Source: an uncultured delta proteobacterium (GTDB lineage Bacteria; Myxococcota_A; Polyangia; Polyangiales; B10-G4). Taken from it: DNA of 64,000 nt. The stretch covers positions 288,001 through 352,000 of the forward strand of contig CAVSGI010000008.1 of assembly GCA_963727445.1 (NCBI GenBank), given 5' to 3'. How positions within the stretch are numbered: the stretch's first letter is position 1; every line of letters begins with the position of its first letter. The position numbers and the translations under genes were made by a program. Of this stretch, positions 21,401-32,189 are shown one piece after another. The notes beneath the pieces were generated by a model. The model ran no database searches. It was not told the DNA's origin and worked only from the letters and a program-made list of their open reading frames with translations.

Positions 21401-22108
21401 CCGATAGCGCGCCTTCTCCGCGGCCCGGTAGAGCAGCTCCATCCGGTCGCAGAGCACCCTCACGGGCATGACGCCGCGAGATGGGCGTGATCTGCGAATA
21501 GATGGTGGTGGCCTTGACGCTGATCACCTCGATCGTCCGGCTCCTGGAGCGCCGCCAGGTAGGATTCGAGACGTCCCCGCGCGTCGTCTTCGCCGAGCAA
21601 CGCCTCGCCGAGGAAGTTCACGTTCATGCGCACGCCCTGCTCGCGGCGCGCTTCGAGGTGCTTCCTCAAGCAGATCGATCTCGCCGGGCAGAATGACGTT
21701 CGCCGTCTCCTCGCGCATCTTGTCCTTCACCAGCGGGACCGACGACGCCCGGGCAGGTAGCCGCCGAAGGACTGAAAGCCCTTGAGCAGCGTGCGGTCCA
21801 TGCGCGCTGAAGAAGCGCGGCACGCCCTGGACGTCGAGGATGTGCGTGAGCTGGTCGGCCGACGCGCTGCGGGGTCTTGGCGCGGAACGCCTGGTCGGTC
21901 ATCTGGGTGAGCGTCGCGCTTGTCGCTCGCGCTCTGGAGCATGCGCTCGAGCTCCGCCTGCTGGCGCTTCTCCTCGCGGCGTCTGGAGCGCGGCGGCGCG
22001 GGTCTGCAGGTGGCGGGCGAGCAAGACCGCCTTGTCGACGGTCGAGCCGTCGGCGGCGTCGAGGAAGCTCTGAAGGGTGGGTGTGGGGCTGGGTCCAGAC
22101 GCTGGCAT
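18443..22108 (-). CDS. putA: Bifunctional proline dehydrogenase / glutamate-5-semialdehyde dehydrogenase; 5' part broken by several frameshifts
   Basis: LDMEEY, RLVKGA, ATHN, ETGGKN, SGQKCSA and EFFGP motifs in ORF 18443-21469. N-terminal pieces (LTQMTDQAFR, MREETANVILPGE, MNVNFLGEALLG, ISVKATTIYSQI) are scattered across frames up to ATG 22108. Confidence 0.9.
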
Positions 22109-22125
22109 GGCCAGCGGAGGCTAAC

Positions 22126-24110
22126 TCAGCGCCTCCTTCGCAGCGACCCGAAGCAGAGCGCGAAGAGCAGGAGCGCCAGGGAGAGGTTTGCGGGCGCGGA
22201 GGCAGCGCTGCAGCCGCCGCATCCGTCGTCCTGTTCGGCAGCCGCGGGGGCGGGCGGGCCCTCGGCTTCGGGCTCCTGGGCCTCCGCCTCATCGGTGGCC
22301 CCCGTCACCTGAGACAGACCGAGCTCGGGCAAGGGGTTCATCAGGACCGAAGCGAGCTGGATCTGCCCGCGCGCTTGCGTGCCGAGCTTCGGGGCCGACA
22401 CCGCCTCGCGACGGTCGGCGAGCTCGGGCGGCGGTCCACCCCAGATGCCGCGCTGGGGACTCTCACACTCGACGGCTCCCTCCCAGGGGTGGCGGATGAT
22501 GTAGCGACCCTGGAAGTTGTTCGCAGGTGCTTCGGTGGCGCCGGTGGGGAGCTCGTTCGCCGGGCCGACGCCACGGCCCCCTTCCACCGCAGGAGCCGGC
22601 CGGAGCACCAGATCCTCTCCCAGAATCGCCTTTGCCGTAGCGATAGTGGAGACGCGTCAGGACGAACTGCTGCATCGGATTCGTCTGCCCGTAATAGCCC
22701 AGCCCGCCCCCGTACATCCCGCGGTTGCTCGGCGCTGCGTCGAAGTGCACCGGCATGGAGGCATGAACCGTCTCTGCGCCCTGGGGCGCCGGAAAGCGCC
22801 ACCTTCGTACCGCGGCGGTCATGCAGTCCCTGAGACCGTCGTGTCCCGGCGCAGTCGCTCGCACGTCGGTCGTCGCGCCCGAGGAGTCGATGGTCAGCTC
22901 AATCGTCGCCTCGACCTCCGCCTCGTTCGCCGGCCGGCCCGCGAGGCGCGACTGGTGGCAGAATCTCAGCTGGTTCGCGTGGCGTCGCGCGATACGCTGG
23001 ATCACTTCGCCGGGCAGACCGGCGCCGGCATCGGCCGAACCGAGTCGCACCCGGGTCGACCAGAGCATCGACGTCGCGGCAGGCTCGGAATCCGCTTCGT
23101 CTCCCTCCGCGGCCGTCGCGACGTCGGCGCCGAGGGTCATGAGGTCTGCCTCCGAGAGCACCGGGCCCGGACACGGGTCGCAGTTGGTGGCCTGCCACGC
23201 ATACTCCGTCACCACGGCGCGCGGGTGCGCCTCGATGACCTCGTCGAAGAGCGCTGCGTAGAAGGCGCCGAAGTCCTCGCGCACCGCGTCGTTCACCTCG
23301 AGGTTCGTCGGAACGAATGTGTTGTCGTAGCTCGCCGCTTCGTAGCGCGTGTTCCGGGCGAGGACGTGGACGATCAAGTCCTGCGTCCCCGCGGAGTTGA
23401 GCATCCCGAGCCGAATGGGCAGCGTGAAGTCGGGCGTCTGATAGTGGACACGGAGGGGCGAAAGGAGCGCGCGGCCGTCCTCGAAGGTGACCTTCTCGAC
23501 GTCCACCTTGGCGACGAAGAACTTCATCCCCCCCTGCACGTAGGGAGAGAGCGCTTCATCCGCGCCGTCGGGGATGTGGTAGTCGTGCTGGCGCAGCCAG
23601 GTCTCGAGATCACCGGAGTCCTCGGCGCTGAGGATGACGATCTCGATACTCGCCCACCGCAAACTCCGCCTCGACCCGCACTCTGAGGCCACGGCCGTAA
23701 CCCGAGCCGCTCCCGCCGCCATGGCCGATGGTGCCGATGTTGCCGAGACCGATGGTCCCCTCCCCCGTTGCTCCCGCCATGCACGGGTCCTGCTCCCAGT
23801 ACTCGACCAGCCGCGGCGCGGCCAGCCGGTCGACGCGATCGAAGACCTCCTTCTCGAGCGTCTTCACGTTGTCCTCGGAGAGGATCACCGGCACCGGCAC
23901 CACCATCGCGAAGTCCTCCACCGGCCCGCGATAGTCGTTCTGCATGGAGAGCACCGTGGTGTTCCCCTCGCGCATCATCACAACCATCGTCGCGTCGGCG
24001 AAGAGATCGGTCTCCGCCCCCGCGACGTAGAAACCGCAGAACGCCGCAGCGGTCGCGCTGGCCATCAGCGTCGCGCCGAAGGTGAGCAGAAAGGTCAGTG
24101 CTCGCTTCAT
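22126..24110 (-). CDS. DUF2330-family protein with inserted AgmX/PglI-like domain and MYXO-CTERM; two apparent frameshifts (~23645, ~22625)
   Basis: AFCGFYV...MQNDYRGPVEDFAMVVPVP, LPIRLG, VTEYAW, LTRLHYRY, NNFQGRYIIRHPW, and C-terminal GCGGCS...LALLLFALCFGSLRRRR. Confidence 0.85.
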
Positions 24111-24139
24111 CGATGTCCCCCCTTCGAGAGGGCCCGATG

Positions 24140-25516
24140 CTAGCAGGAGGGGACGCAATCGGGATCGGCGCAATCCACGAGGCCGTCGCAATCGTTGTCC
24201 TCGAGGTCGTCGCAGTCCTCGCGGAAGCACTCGCCACAGGTCTCGAAGTCTCGGCAATCGGCGTCGCGGCAGTCCACGGTCCCGTCGCAATCGTTGTCCA
24301 GCCCGTCGTCGCAGAGCTCGAAGGAGCACTCCCCGCAGAGCGGTGAGTCGAGGCAGTCGATGTCGAGGCAGTCCACCCACCCGTCGTCGTCGTCGTCCAC
24401 CAGGTTCCCGCAGTCCTCGCGAATGGGCCGAGGGCAGTCGGGGAACCAGAGGCAATCGGGATCGTTGCAGTCGACGAAGATGTCGCCGTCGTCGTCCCGA
24501 CCGTTGTCGCAGATCTCCCGAATGCACTCCTCGGCCGCGCGACAATCGAAGTCGGCGCAGTCGGCCTGACAATCGCAGTCGTCATCGATCCGGTTACCGC
24601 AGTCCGTCTCGCGGAGTGGCCGATCCTCGGCACAGCACAACAGAAAGCAGCTGCAATCCCGATCTTCGCAGTCGATGTCTCCGTCACGGTCGTCGTCGCG
24701 TCCGTTGTCGCAGAGCTCGCTCCGCGGTCGCCCCGACGCACAGCTGCGGTCGTCCGCGCAGTCACTGTCTGCGCAATCGCGCCGGCAGTCGAAGTCGTCG
24801 TCGATGCCGTTGTCGCAGATCTCCATGGGTCGGCAGACGTCGGCCGCGGCGCACTCCATGTCGTCACAGTCGACGGCGAGATCGCAGTCGTTGTCGACCA
24901 TGTCGTCGCAGACCTCGGGGCTCGGCGTGCAGGTGCCGCAGGCCGGTGCGCCGGCGCAGTCCGGGTCCGCGCACTGGAAGAGGCAGTCGCAGTCGGCGTC
25001 GTTCGGAGCGCCGCAGTTCTCGGTGGCGGCGCAATCGCGGCACGACGGATCGCCCGCGCAGTCCTCGTCGCGACAATCGAAGAGACCGTCTCCATCGTCG
25101 TCTTCGCAGTTGCCGCACATCTCCGGCGCGAGGGCACAGATGGGGCGCGAGGCGCAATCCTCGTCGAAGCAGTCGACGCGGCAGTCGCAATCGTCGTCGC
25201 GACCGTTGTCACAGCGCTCCATGGTGCAACCGCCGAAGTCGCACTCGCGCTCACCCGCGCAGTCGTCGACGTCCGAGCAGTCGAAGAGACCGTCACAGTC
25301 GTTGTCGATCTCGTCGGTGCACACCTCGAAGCCGGTCGGGACGCAGGGGCCCGCGTCGCTGGTGTCGCTCGTCGCATCCCCGGGCGCCGAATCCCCGAGG
25401 GAGGCGTCCATGCCCCCGCGCCAGCGCCTGCCCACCTCGAGCTGGCTCTTGGAGCCGCACGCCGAGAGCACCAACAGAGGCACGAGGACGAGCGCTGCCG
25501 GCCTCAGAACCGACAC
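24140..25516 (-). CDS. Lipoprotein with tandem Cys/Asp-rich putative metal-binding repeats
   Basis: LSAC lipobox and about eleven ExCDNGxDDDxDxxxDCxDxDC repeats. Confidence 0.88.
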   Translation of the reverse strand: MSVLRPAALVLVPLLVLSACGSKSQLEVGRRWRGGMDASLGDSAPGDATSDTSDAGPCVPTGFEVCTDEIDNDCDGLFDCSDVDDCAGERECDFGGCTMERCDNGRDDDCDCRVDCFDEDCASRPICALAPEMCGNCEDDDGDGLFDCRDEDCAGDPSCRDCAATENCGAPNDADCDCLFQCADPDCAGAPACGTCTPSPEVCDDMVDNDCDLAVDCDDMECAAADVCRPMEICDNGIDDDFDCRRDCADSDCADDRSCASGRPRSELCDNGRDDDRDGDIDCEDRDCSCFLLCCAEDRPLRETDCGNRIDDDCDCQADCADFDCRAAEECIREICDNGRDDDGDIFVDCNDPDCLWFPDCPRPIREDCGNLVDDDDDGWVDCLDIDCLDSPLCGECSFELCDDGLDNDCDGTVDCRDADCRDFETCGECFREDCDDLEDNDCDGLVDCADPDCVPSC

Positions 25517-26272
25517 GTCGTCCTACCCATGTTGCAGATCTCGGGGAGCGTGGTGATGCAGAGGCGACAGTCGATGGCCTCGTCCTGGCCGCTGTAACAG
25601 CTGGGTGTCGCCGTCCCCCCGCCGCAGCAGTCGGGGCCTGGGAGCGCCGGGTCGTCGGTCCCGGCGGGGAACTCGACCAGACAGCCGAGGCAGAGCTGGA
25701 TGTCGTACCTGTACTCCGGGCCGATGATCTCGCGACCGCCGGCATCGCCGATGAGCTGCACCGTGGTGGTCAGAAAGAACTCGGGCGGCCTCCGTCCGAT
25801 GCTGACGGCCTGGTCCATCATGGACTGGAAGTAGCCCGTCACCGCCCGCGGGAGCGCGGGCACGTCGAAGGAGGCGGTGCTGCCAGCGGGCACGACGGGG
25901 CAGGTCGGATTCGGTCTCGTCAGCGCAGGTTTCGAGGTCCCACTCGTCGCACCCGCCCGTGGTGCAGGTGAAGCGAAGCGGCATCGCCCCTTCGTCGGTG
26001 TTCCACACCACGTCGACCCGGGAGCGGGTCACGACGATGTCCTCAGGGCCTGGATTCTCCACGACCGGCGTCAGGACGTAGGTCGAGCGATCGCCCAGAG
26101 CCAGGTCGAAGACGCCGCTCTCGATCGTCGCAGAGGCGCCTACCTGGCTCAAGGTGCAGCCGGGCTCCGGCCGCTGGTTGCGGGTGATGGAGAGCTCTAC
26201 CGGCGCCTCACCCGAACACCCAACGACGGCCAGCAGTGACACCGCGAGCCCCCATGCCCAGATCCCCCGCAC
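25504..26272 (-). CDS. Lipoprotein, one apparent frameshift (~25910)
   Basis: AAAGGAGG RBS and VVGC lipobox. The C-terminal half continues in ORF 25504-25893 (...IQLCLGCL...CYSGQDEAIDCRLC). Confidence 0.7.
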
Positions 26273-26357
26273 CCTCCTTTTGTACCACAGGCGGCGGGCA
26301 GGAGCGCATCCGGCGGAGCGACGCCGGCGCGCCGCTCCCCCAAAGTCCGAGCGAAGC

Positions 26358-27095
26358 TCAGTTGGTGCAGCCCTGGATCACGCCATCGTTGATGGCGGCG
26401 ACACCGAGGCAGTTGTCCGCGGCGTCCTCGAGCATCGACTGCGTCGGCAGGTAGCAGTTGCCGTCGGCGTCGGTCTGGCTGATCCACTTGATCAGGTACC
26501 ACTCCCAGGCCCACAGAACCGCTCCGTCGGCCTCGCCCTCGGAGTGCAGGTTCGAATAGTCGTCGTTCCAGTTGAAGAAGCGACCTTCCCAGGTGGTCTC
26601 GGCGAGGAGGCGTCGCACGTTGGCGGGCGGGTCCTCCATGATGGCGGCGTAGCGAAGCGCGCTCGCGACCGAGCAGCGCATGCCCATGTCGGAGGCCTCG
26701 TCCGACTCGTAGGTCGGGTTCAGACCACCGGGCCACTTCTGCCACCACTCCCAGCCATTCATGTTGAAGGGATCCGGGATGCCGGGGAAGAGATCCATGT
26801 AGTCGGGACGGGGCGTATCGGCGGGGATCGTGATGAACTCGCGCTCGACGTCACACGCTTCGATGTAACCCGGTCCGACCCGATCGCAGATCTCCGCGGT
26901 CGACGGAGGGATCATGTCGCGCACGGACGGCGCCGCGGTGTCGGGCTCGGCCATCGCGTCGGGCTCGGCCACGCCTCCGTCCGGCACGGTGGTGGTGCCG
27001 GTGTCGGCGGTCATCATCGTCGTATCCGGTCCACGATCCCGCTCGCCGCATGCGAGCACGAGGATGCAAAGGACAGGAATGTAAGCGTACTTCAT
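26358..27095 (-). CDS. Lipoprotein, unknown function
   Basis: MKYAYIPVLCILVLAC lipobox and an aromatic-rich domain (FFNWNDDY, LWAWEWYLIKW). Confidence 0.75.
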   Translation of the reverse strand: MKYAYIPVLCILVLACGERDRGPDTTMMTADTGTTTVPDGGVAEPDAMAEPDTAAPSVRDMIPPSTAEICDRVGPGYIEACDVEREFITIPADTPRPDYMDLFPGIPDPFNMNGWEWWQKWPGGLNPTYESDEASDMGMRCSVASALRYAAIMEDPPANVRRLLAETTWEGRFFNWNDDYSNLHSEGEADGAVLWAWEWYLIKWISQTDADGNCYLPTQSMLEDAADNCLGVAAINDGVIQGCTN

Positions 27096-27252
27096 CGGTC
27101 AGTCCCCTCCGCGCGCGGTCCCTGTTTACCCGCGCGTCTGAGCTGCGCTGTTTAGCGGAGAACGGTGCCGAGTCAATCCTGATTAAGGTGTGCAAGGGAC
27201 GTACGCCGAGGGTCCTCGCCTTCCGCTCCCCAACTGCTAATTAGCCCTCAGC

Positions 27253-28872
27253 ATGTCTCGCGCGCCTCGCCTCGGTGCTCTTCTGGCTCTGTCCCTCTTC
27301 TGTGCGTGCGGCGACGACGCCGCTCCACCAGGCGATTCCGGCGTGGACGACGGCGCTGCCGACGCGGCTGGCGACGCCGATGGCGAAGCACCGCCACCGC
27401 CCGTGGTGGAGACGCCCTCGGGCCCAGTGCAGGGCGAACAGGGTCTCGGCTACCTCCAGTTCCTCGGCATCCCCTACGCCGAGCCCCCAGTGGGCGATTC
27501 CCGCTGGGCGCCACCCGTCGCGCACGCCCCCTGGACCGAGCCCGTGGTGTCACAGCGACCGAGCTCGTGCCCCCAGGCGGCTTTCGGTCTCAACAGCGGC
27601 GCCGAGGATTGCCTCTACGTCAACGTCCACACCCCGGACCCGATGCCCGAGAACGCGCCGGTGATGGTGTGGATCCACGGAGGCGCGTACATCTTCGGCG
27701 AAGGCCTCCAGACCGACCTCGGTACCCGCGGCGACCTCCTCGCCAAGAACCACGGAGTGGTGGTGGTGAGCATGAACTACCGCCTCGGCGCTTTCGGCTT
27801 CTTCGTCCACGGTGACGAGGTCACCGGGAACTTCGGCATCCAGGACCAGCGCCTGGCCCTCGAGTGGGTGCAGTCGCACATCGCGTCCTTCGGCGGCGAC
27901 CCCGACAACGTCACCGTCTTCGGCGAGTCGGCCGGCGGGCAGAGCGTGTGCCTGCATCTGATGAGCCCCGACAGCCGCGGTCTCTTCGCCCGCGCCATCA
28001 GCGAGAGCGGCTTCTGTGCCCAGGCCCTGCCGACGATCGAGGAGATGCGCGCCATCAGCGATCCGCTGGTCGCGGCGCTCGGCTGCGACACGGAGGCCGA
28101 TCCTCTCGCTTGCATGCGGACGAAGACCCGCGACGAGATCATCGACGCGGACATCGCGCCGACCGGGATGAGCGCGCTGACAGCCGCCGGCAGCTGGTGG
28201 CCCAACGTCGACGGCACGGTGATCCCCGATCAGTTCGACGCATTGGTGGCGGCAGACGCGATCGCCGACGTGCCGACCGTCATCGGCTGGAACGCGAACG
28301 AGGGCACGCTCTTCGTGATGTTGGCGGAGCAGGCCGGCCTGGTCGTCGACGAGGCGGCCTACTCGGCGCAGATCGCCGGGCTCGCGTCGCGGACCGGTGT
28401 AGCGGCAGCCGACATCGAGGCGCAGTACCCACTGTCGGACTACCCCGACCCCGGAGCGGCCCTCGCTGCCGCGACCGGCGACGCCGCCATCGCCTGCCCC
28501 AGCCACCGCGCGGCGCGCTTGCTCGCGGACCGCGTCGAGACGCGGGTGTACCACTTCGAGTTTCCGGACGCGCCCTTCCAGCTGGGCGCCACCCGCGAGC
28601 TCGGGGCGTTCCACTCGGCCGAGATTCAGTACGTCTTCGGTCACCCGGCCCAGCTCGGTCTCACCGCCCACAGTGGAGACGACCTGACGCTCTTCGAAAC
28701 CATGAGCGGCTACTGGACGCGCTACGCGAAGACCGGCGATCCCAATGGCGCGGACGCCCCGATCGACTGGCCTCCATGGGACCTCACGAGCGAGCCCTAC
28801 CTCGCCCTCGACGTGTCGCCGACCACGGGCGAAGGCCCCGACCGCGACGCTTGCGTTCTGTGGAACCCCTAG
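27253..28872 (+). CDS. Type-B carboxylesterase family lipoprotein
   Basis: FLGIPYAEPP, EDCLYVNV, WIHGG, GESAG nucleophile, NANE and FHSAE motifs. Confidence 0.93.
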   Translation: MSRAPRLGALLALSLFCACGDDAAPPGDSGVDDGAADAAGDADGEAPPPPVVETPSGPVQGEQGLGYLQFLGIPYAEPPVGDSRWAPPVAHAPWTEPVVSQRPSSCPQAAFGLNSGAEDCLYVNVHTPDPMPENAPVMVWIHGGAYIFGEGLQTDLGTRGDLLAKNHGVVVVSMNYRLGAFGFFVHGDEVTGNFGIQDQRLALEWVQSHIASFGGDPDNVTVFGESAGGQSVCLHLMSPDSRGLFARAISESGFCAQALPTIEEMRAISDPLVAALGCDTEADPLACMRTKTRDEIIDADIAPTGMSALTAAGSWWPNVDGTVIPDQFDALVAADAIADVPTVIGWNANEGTLFVMLAEQAGLVVDEAAYSAQIAGLASRTGVAAADIEAQYPLSDYPDPGAALAAATGDAAIACPSHRAARLLADRVETRVYHFEFPDAPFQLGATRELGAFHSAEIQYVFGHPAQLGLTAHSGDDLTLFETMSGYWTRYAKTGDPNGADAPIDWPPWDLTSEPYLALDVSPTTGEGPDRDACVLWNP

Positions 28873-28888
28873 TGCCTGGTCCAATGAC
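28867..28888 (+). repeat. 22-bp dispersed repeat, copy 1
   Basis: CCCTAGTGCCTGGTCCAATGAC, identical to 54309-54330. It begins at the TAG stop of the esterase. Confidence 0.85.
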
Positions 28889-29065
28889 GTAGAAGGGTTC
28901 TCGCTCGTTCGTCGGCCGCCTCGCGGCGTCGGGAAACCTCGAATGTGCGCTAGCCTCTTCGAGGTTGCCAGCAAAGCGCGGTACGGACATCATGGCCCCG
29001 ATCGGCGAGGCACCTCTTTTGGGGTAGTCTCGCGGGCCGTGACTCCTGGGGGGGGCGCTGACCCC

Positions 29066-30862
<1,797 letters not shown>

Positions 30863-30866
<4 letters not shown>

Positions 30867-31228
30867 CGCACAAGATCCTCATCGTCGACGACAACGACCT
30901 GAACCTCGAGCTGGCAACCCAGCTCCTCGAGGACGACTACGAAGTCCAGACGGCGACGAATGGACAGGAGGCGCTGGACGTGGCGGCGGAGTTCCGCCCC
31001 GACCTCGTCCTGATGGACCTCTCGATGCCGGTGATGGACGGCTGGGAAGCGACCACACGCCTCCGGGGCAATCCGGTTCACAAGGACCTGAAGATCCTGG
31101 CGCTCACCGCGCACGCCGTGCAGTCGGAAATCGAGCGGGCTCTGGCGTGTGGCTGCGACGGCTACGTCACCAAGCCCATCGACGATGACCTCCTGTTACG
31201 AGAAATCGGTACTCTCTTGAGTCAGTGA
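30863..31228 (+). CDS. Single-domain response regulator
   Basis: IVDDN, LMDLSMPVMDG, ALTA and TKP motifs. ATGA overlap with the kinase. Confidence 0.93.
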
Positions 31229-32172
31229 TGGCCTCCGGCAGCACCCGACCTCCTGACGATGCCCCCGCCAAGATCCTCGTAGTCGACGATGTCGAGGCGA
31301 ACCGCGAGCTCGTCGCCCAGGATCTCGAAGAGGTCGGCTACGAAGTCCGCACCTGTGCCAGCGGAAAGGAATGTCTCGAGATCGGGAAGTCCTGGCGGCC
31401 CGAGGTGATCCTCCTCGACATCCAGATGCCGGTGATGGACGGGATCGAGACCTGCCGGGCGCTCAAAGCGGACCCCAAGACCCGCGACATCCCGGTCCTC
31501 TTCCTGACGGCCACGCGCACGGACGAGGAGTCCGTGGTCGAAGGCCTGACGGTCGGAGCCAACGACTACATCCCGAAGCCCTATGCGGTGCCGATCCTCA
31601 ATGCGCGGGTTTCGACCCAGGTGACCATCGCGAGGCAGACGCGCCGCCTGTCGGAGATGGCGATGCGCGACGAGCTGACCGGCCTCTTCAGCCGGCGTTT
31701 CCTCTTCACGTCGATGGAGCGGATCTTTCACACCCAGACGCGGGGGACCTCGCGATCGCTGGCAGCGCTCATCGTGGACGTCGACCATTTCAAGAAGGTC
31801 AACGACAGCCTGGGACACCTCGAAGGTGATCGGGTCTTGAAGGCGGTCGCTTCCGCCATCACCTCCGCGACGCGCGACGCCGACGTGGTCGCGCGTTACG
31901 GCGGCGAAGAGTTCGTGGTGGTGCTGCCGCAAACCGACGCCGGTGGCGCGGCGGTGGTGGGCGAGCACGTGCGCAAAGCCATCGAAGAGCGATGCGCTCC
32001 GGTCACGGCCAGCGTGGGCGCCGCGGCAGCCACCATGATCTCCGACGACGGGACCGGCTGGCGCAACCCTCGAGAGGTGATCGTCGAGGCCCTCGGGCGG
32101 GCGGACGAGGCGCTCTACGAAGCGAAAGCGAGCGGGCGCAACAAAGTCGTCCTGCATTCGCGCGACGCGTAG
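31228..32172 (+). CDS. Response regulator diguanylate cyclase (REC-GGDEF)
   Basis: REC domain, DELTGL, DVDHFKKVND, RDAD I-site and GGEEF active site. Confidence 0.95.
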   Translation: MASGSTRPPDDAPAKILVVDDVEANRELVAQDLEEVGYEVRTCASGKECLEIGKSWRPEVILLDIQMPVMDGIETCRALKADPKTRDIPVLFLTATRTDEESVVEGLTVGANDYIPKPYAVPILNARVSTQVTIARQTRRLSEMAMRDELTGLFSRRFLFTSMERIFHTQTRGTSRSLAALIVDVDHFKKVNDSLGHLEGDRVLKAVASAITSATRDADVVARYGGEEFVVVLPQTDAGGAAVVGEHVRKAIEERCAPVTASVGAAAATMISDDGTGWRNPREVIVEALGRADEALYEAKASGRNKVVLHSRDA

Positions 32173-32189
32173 AAAGAAAACGCCCGACG

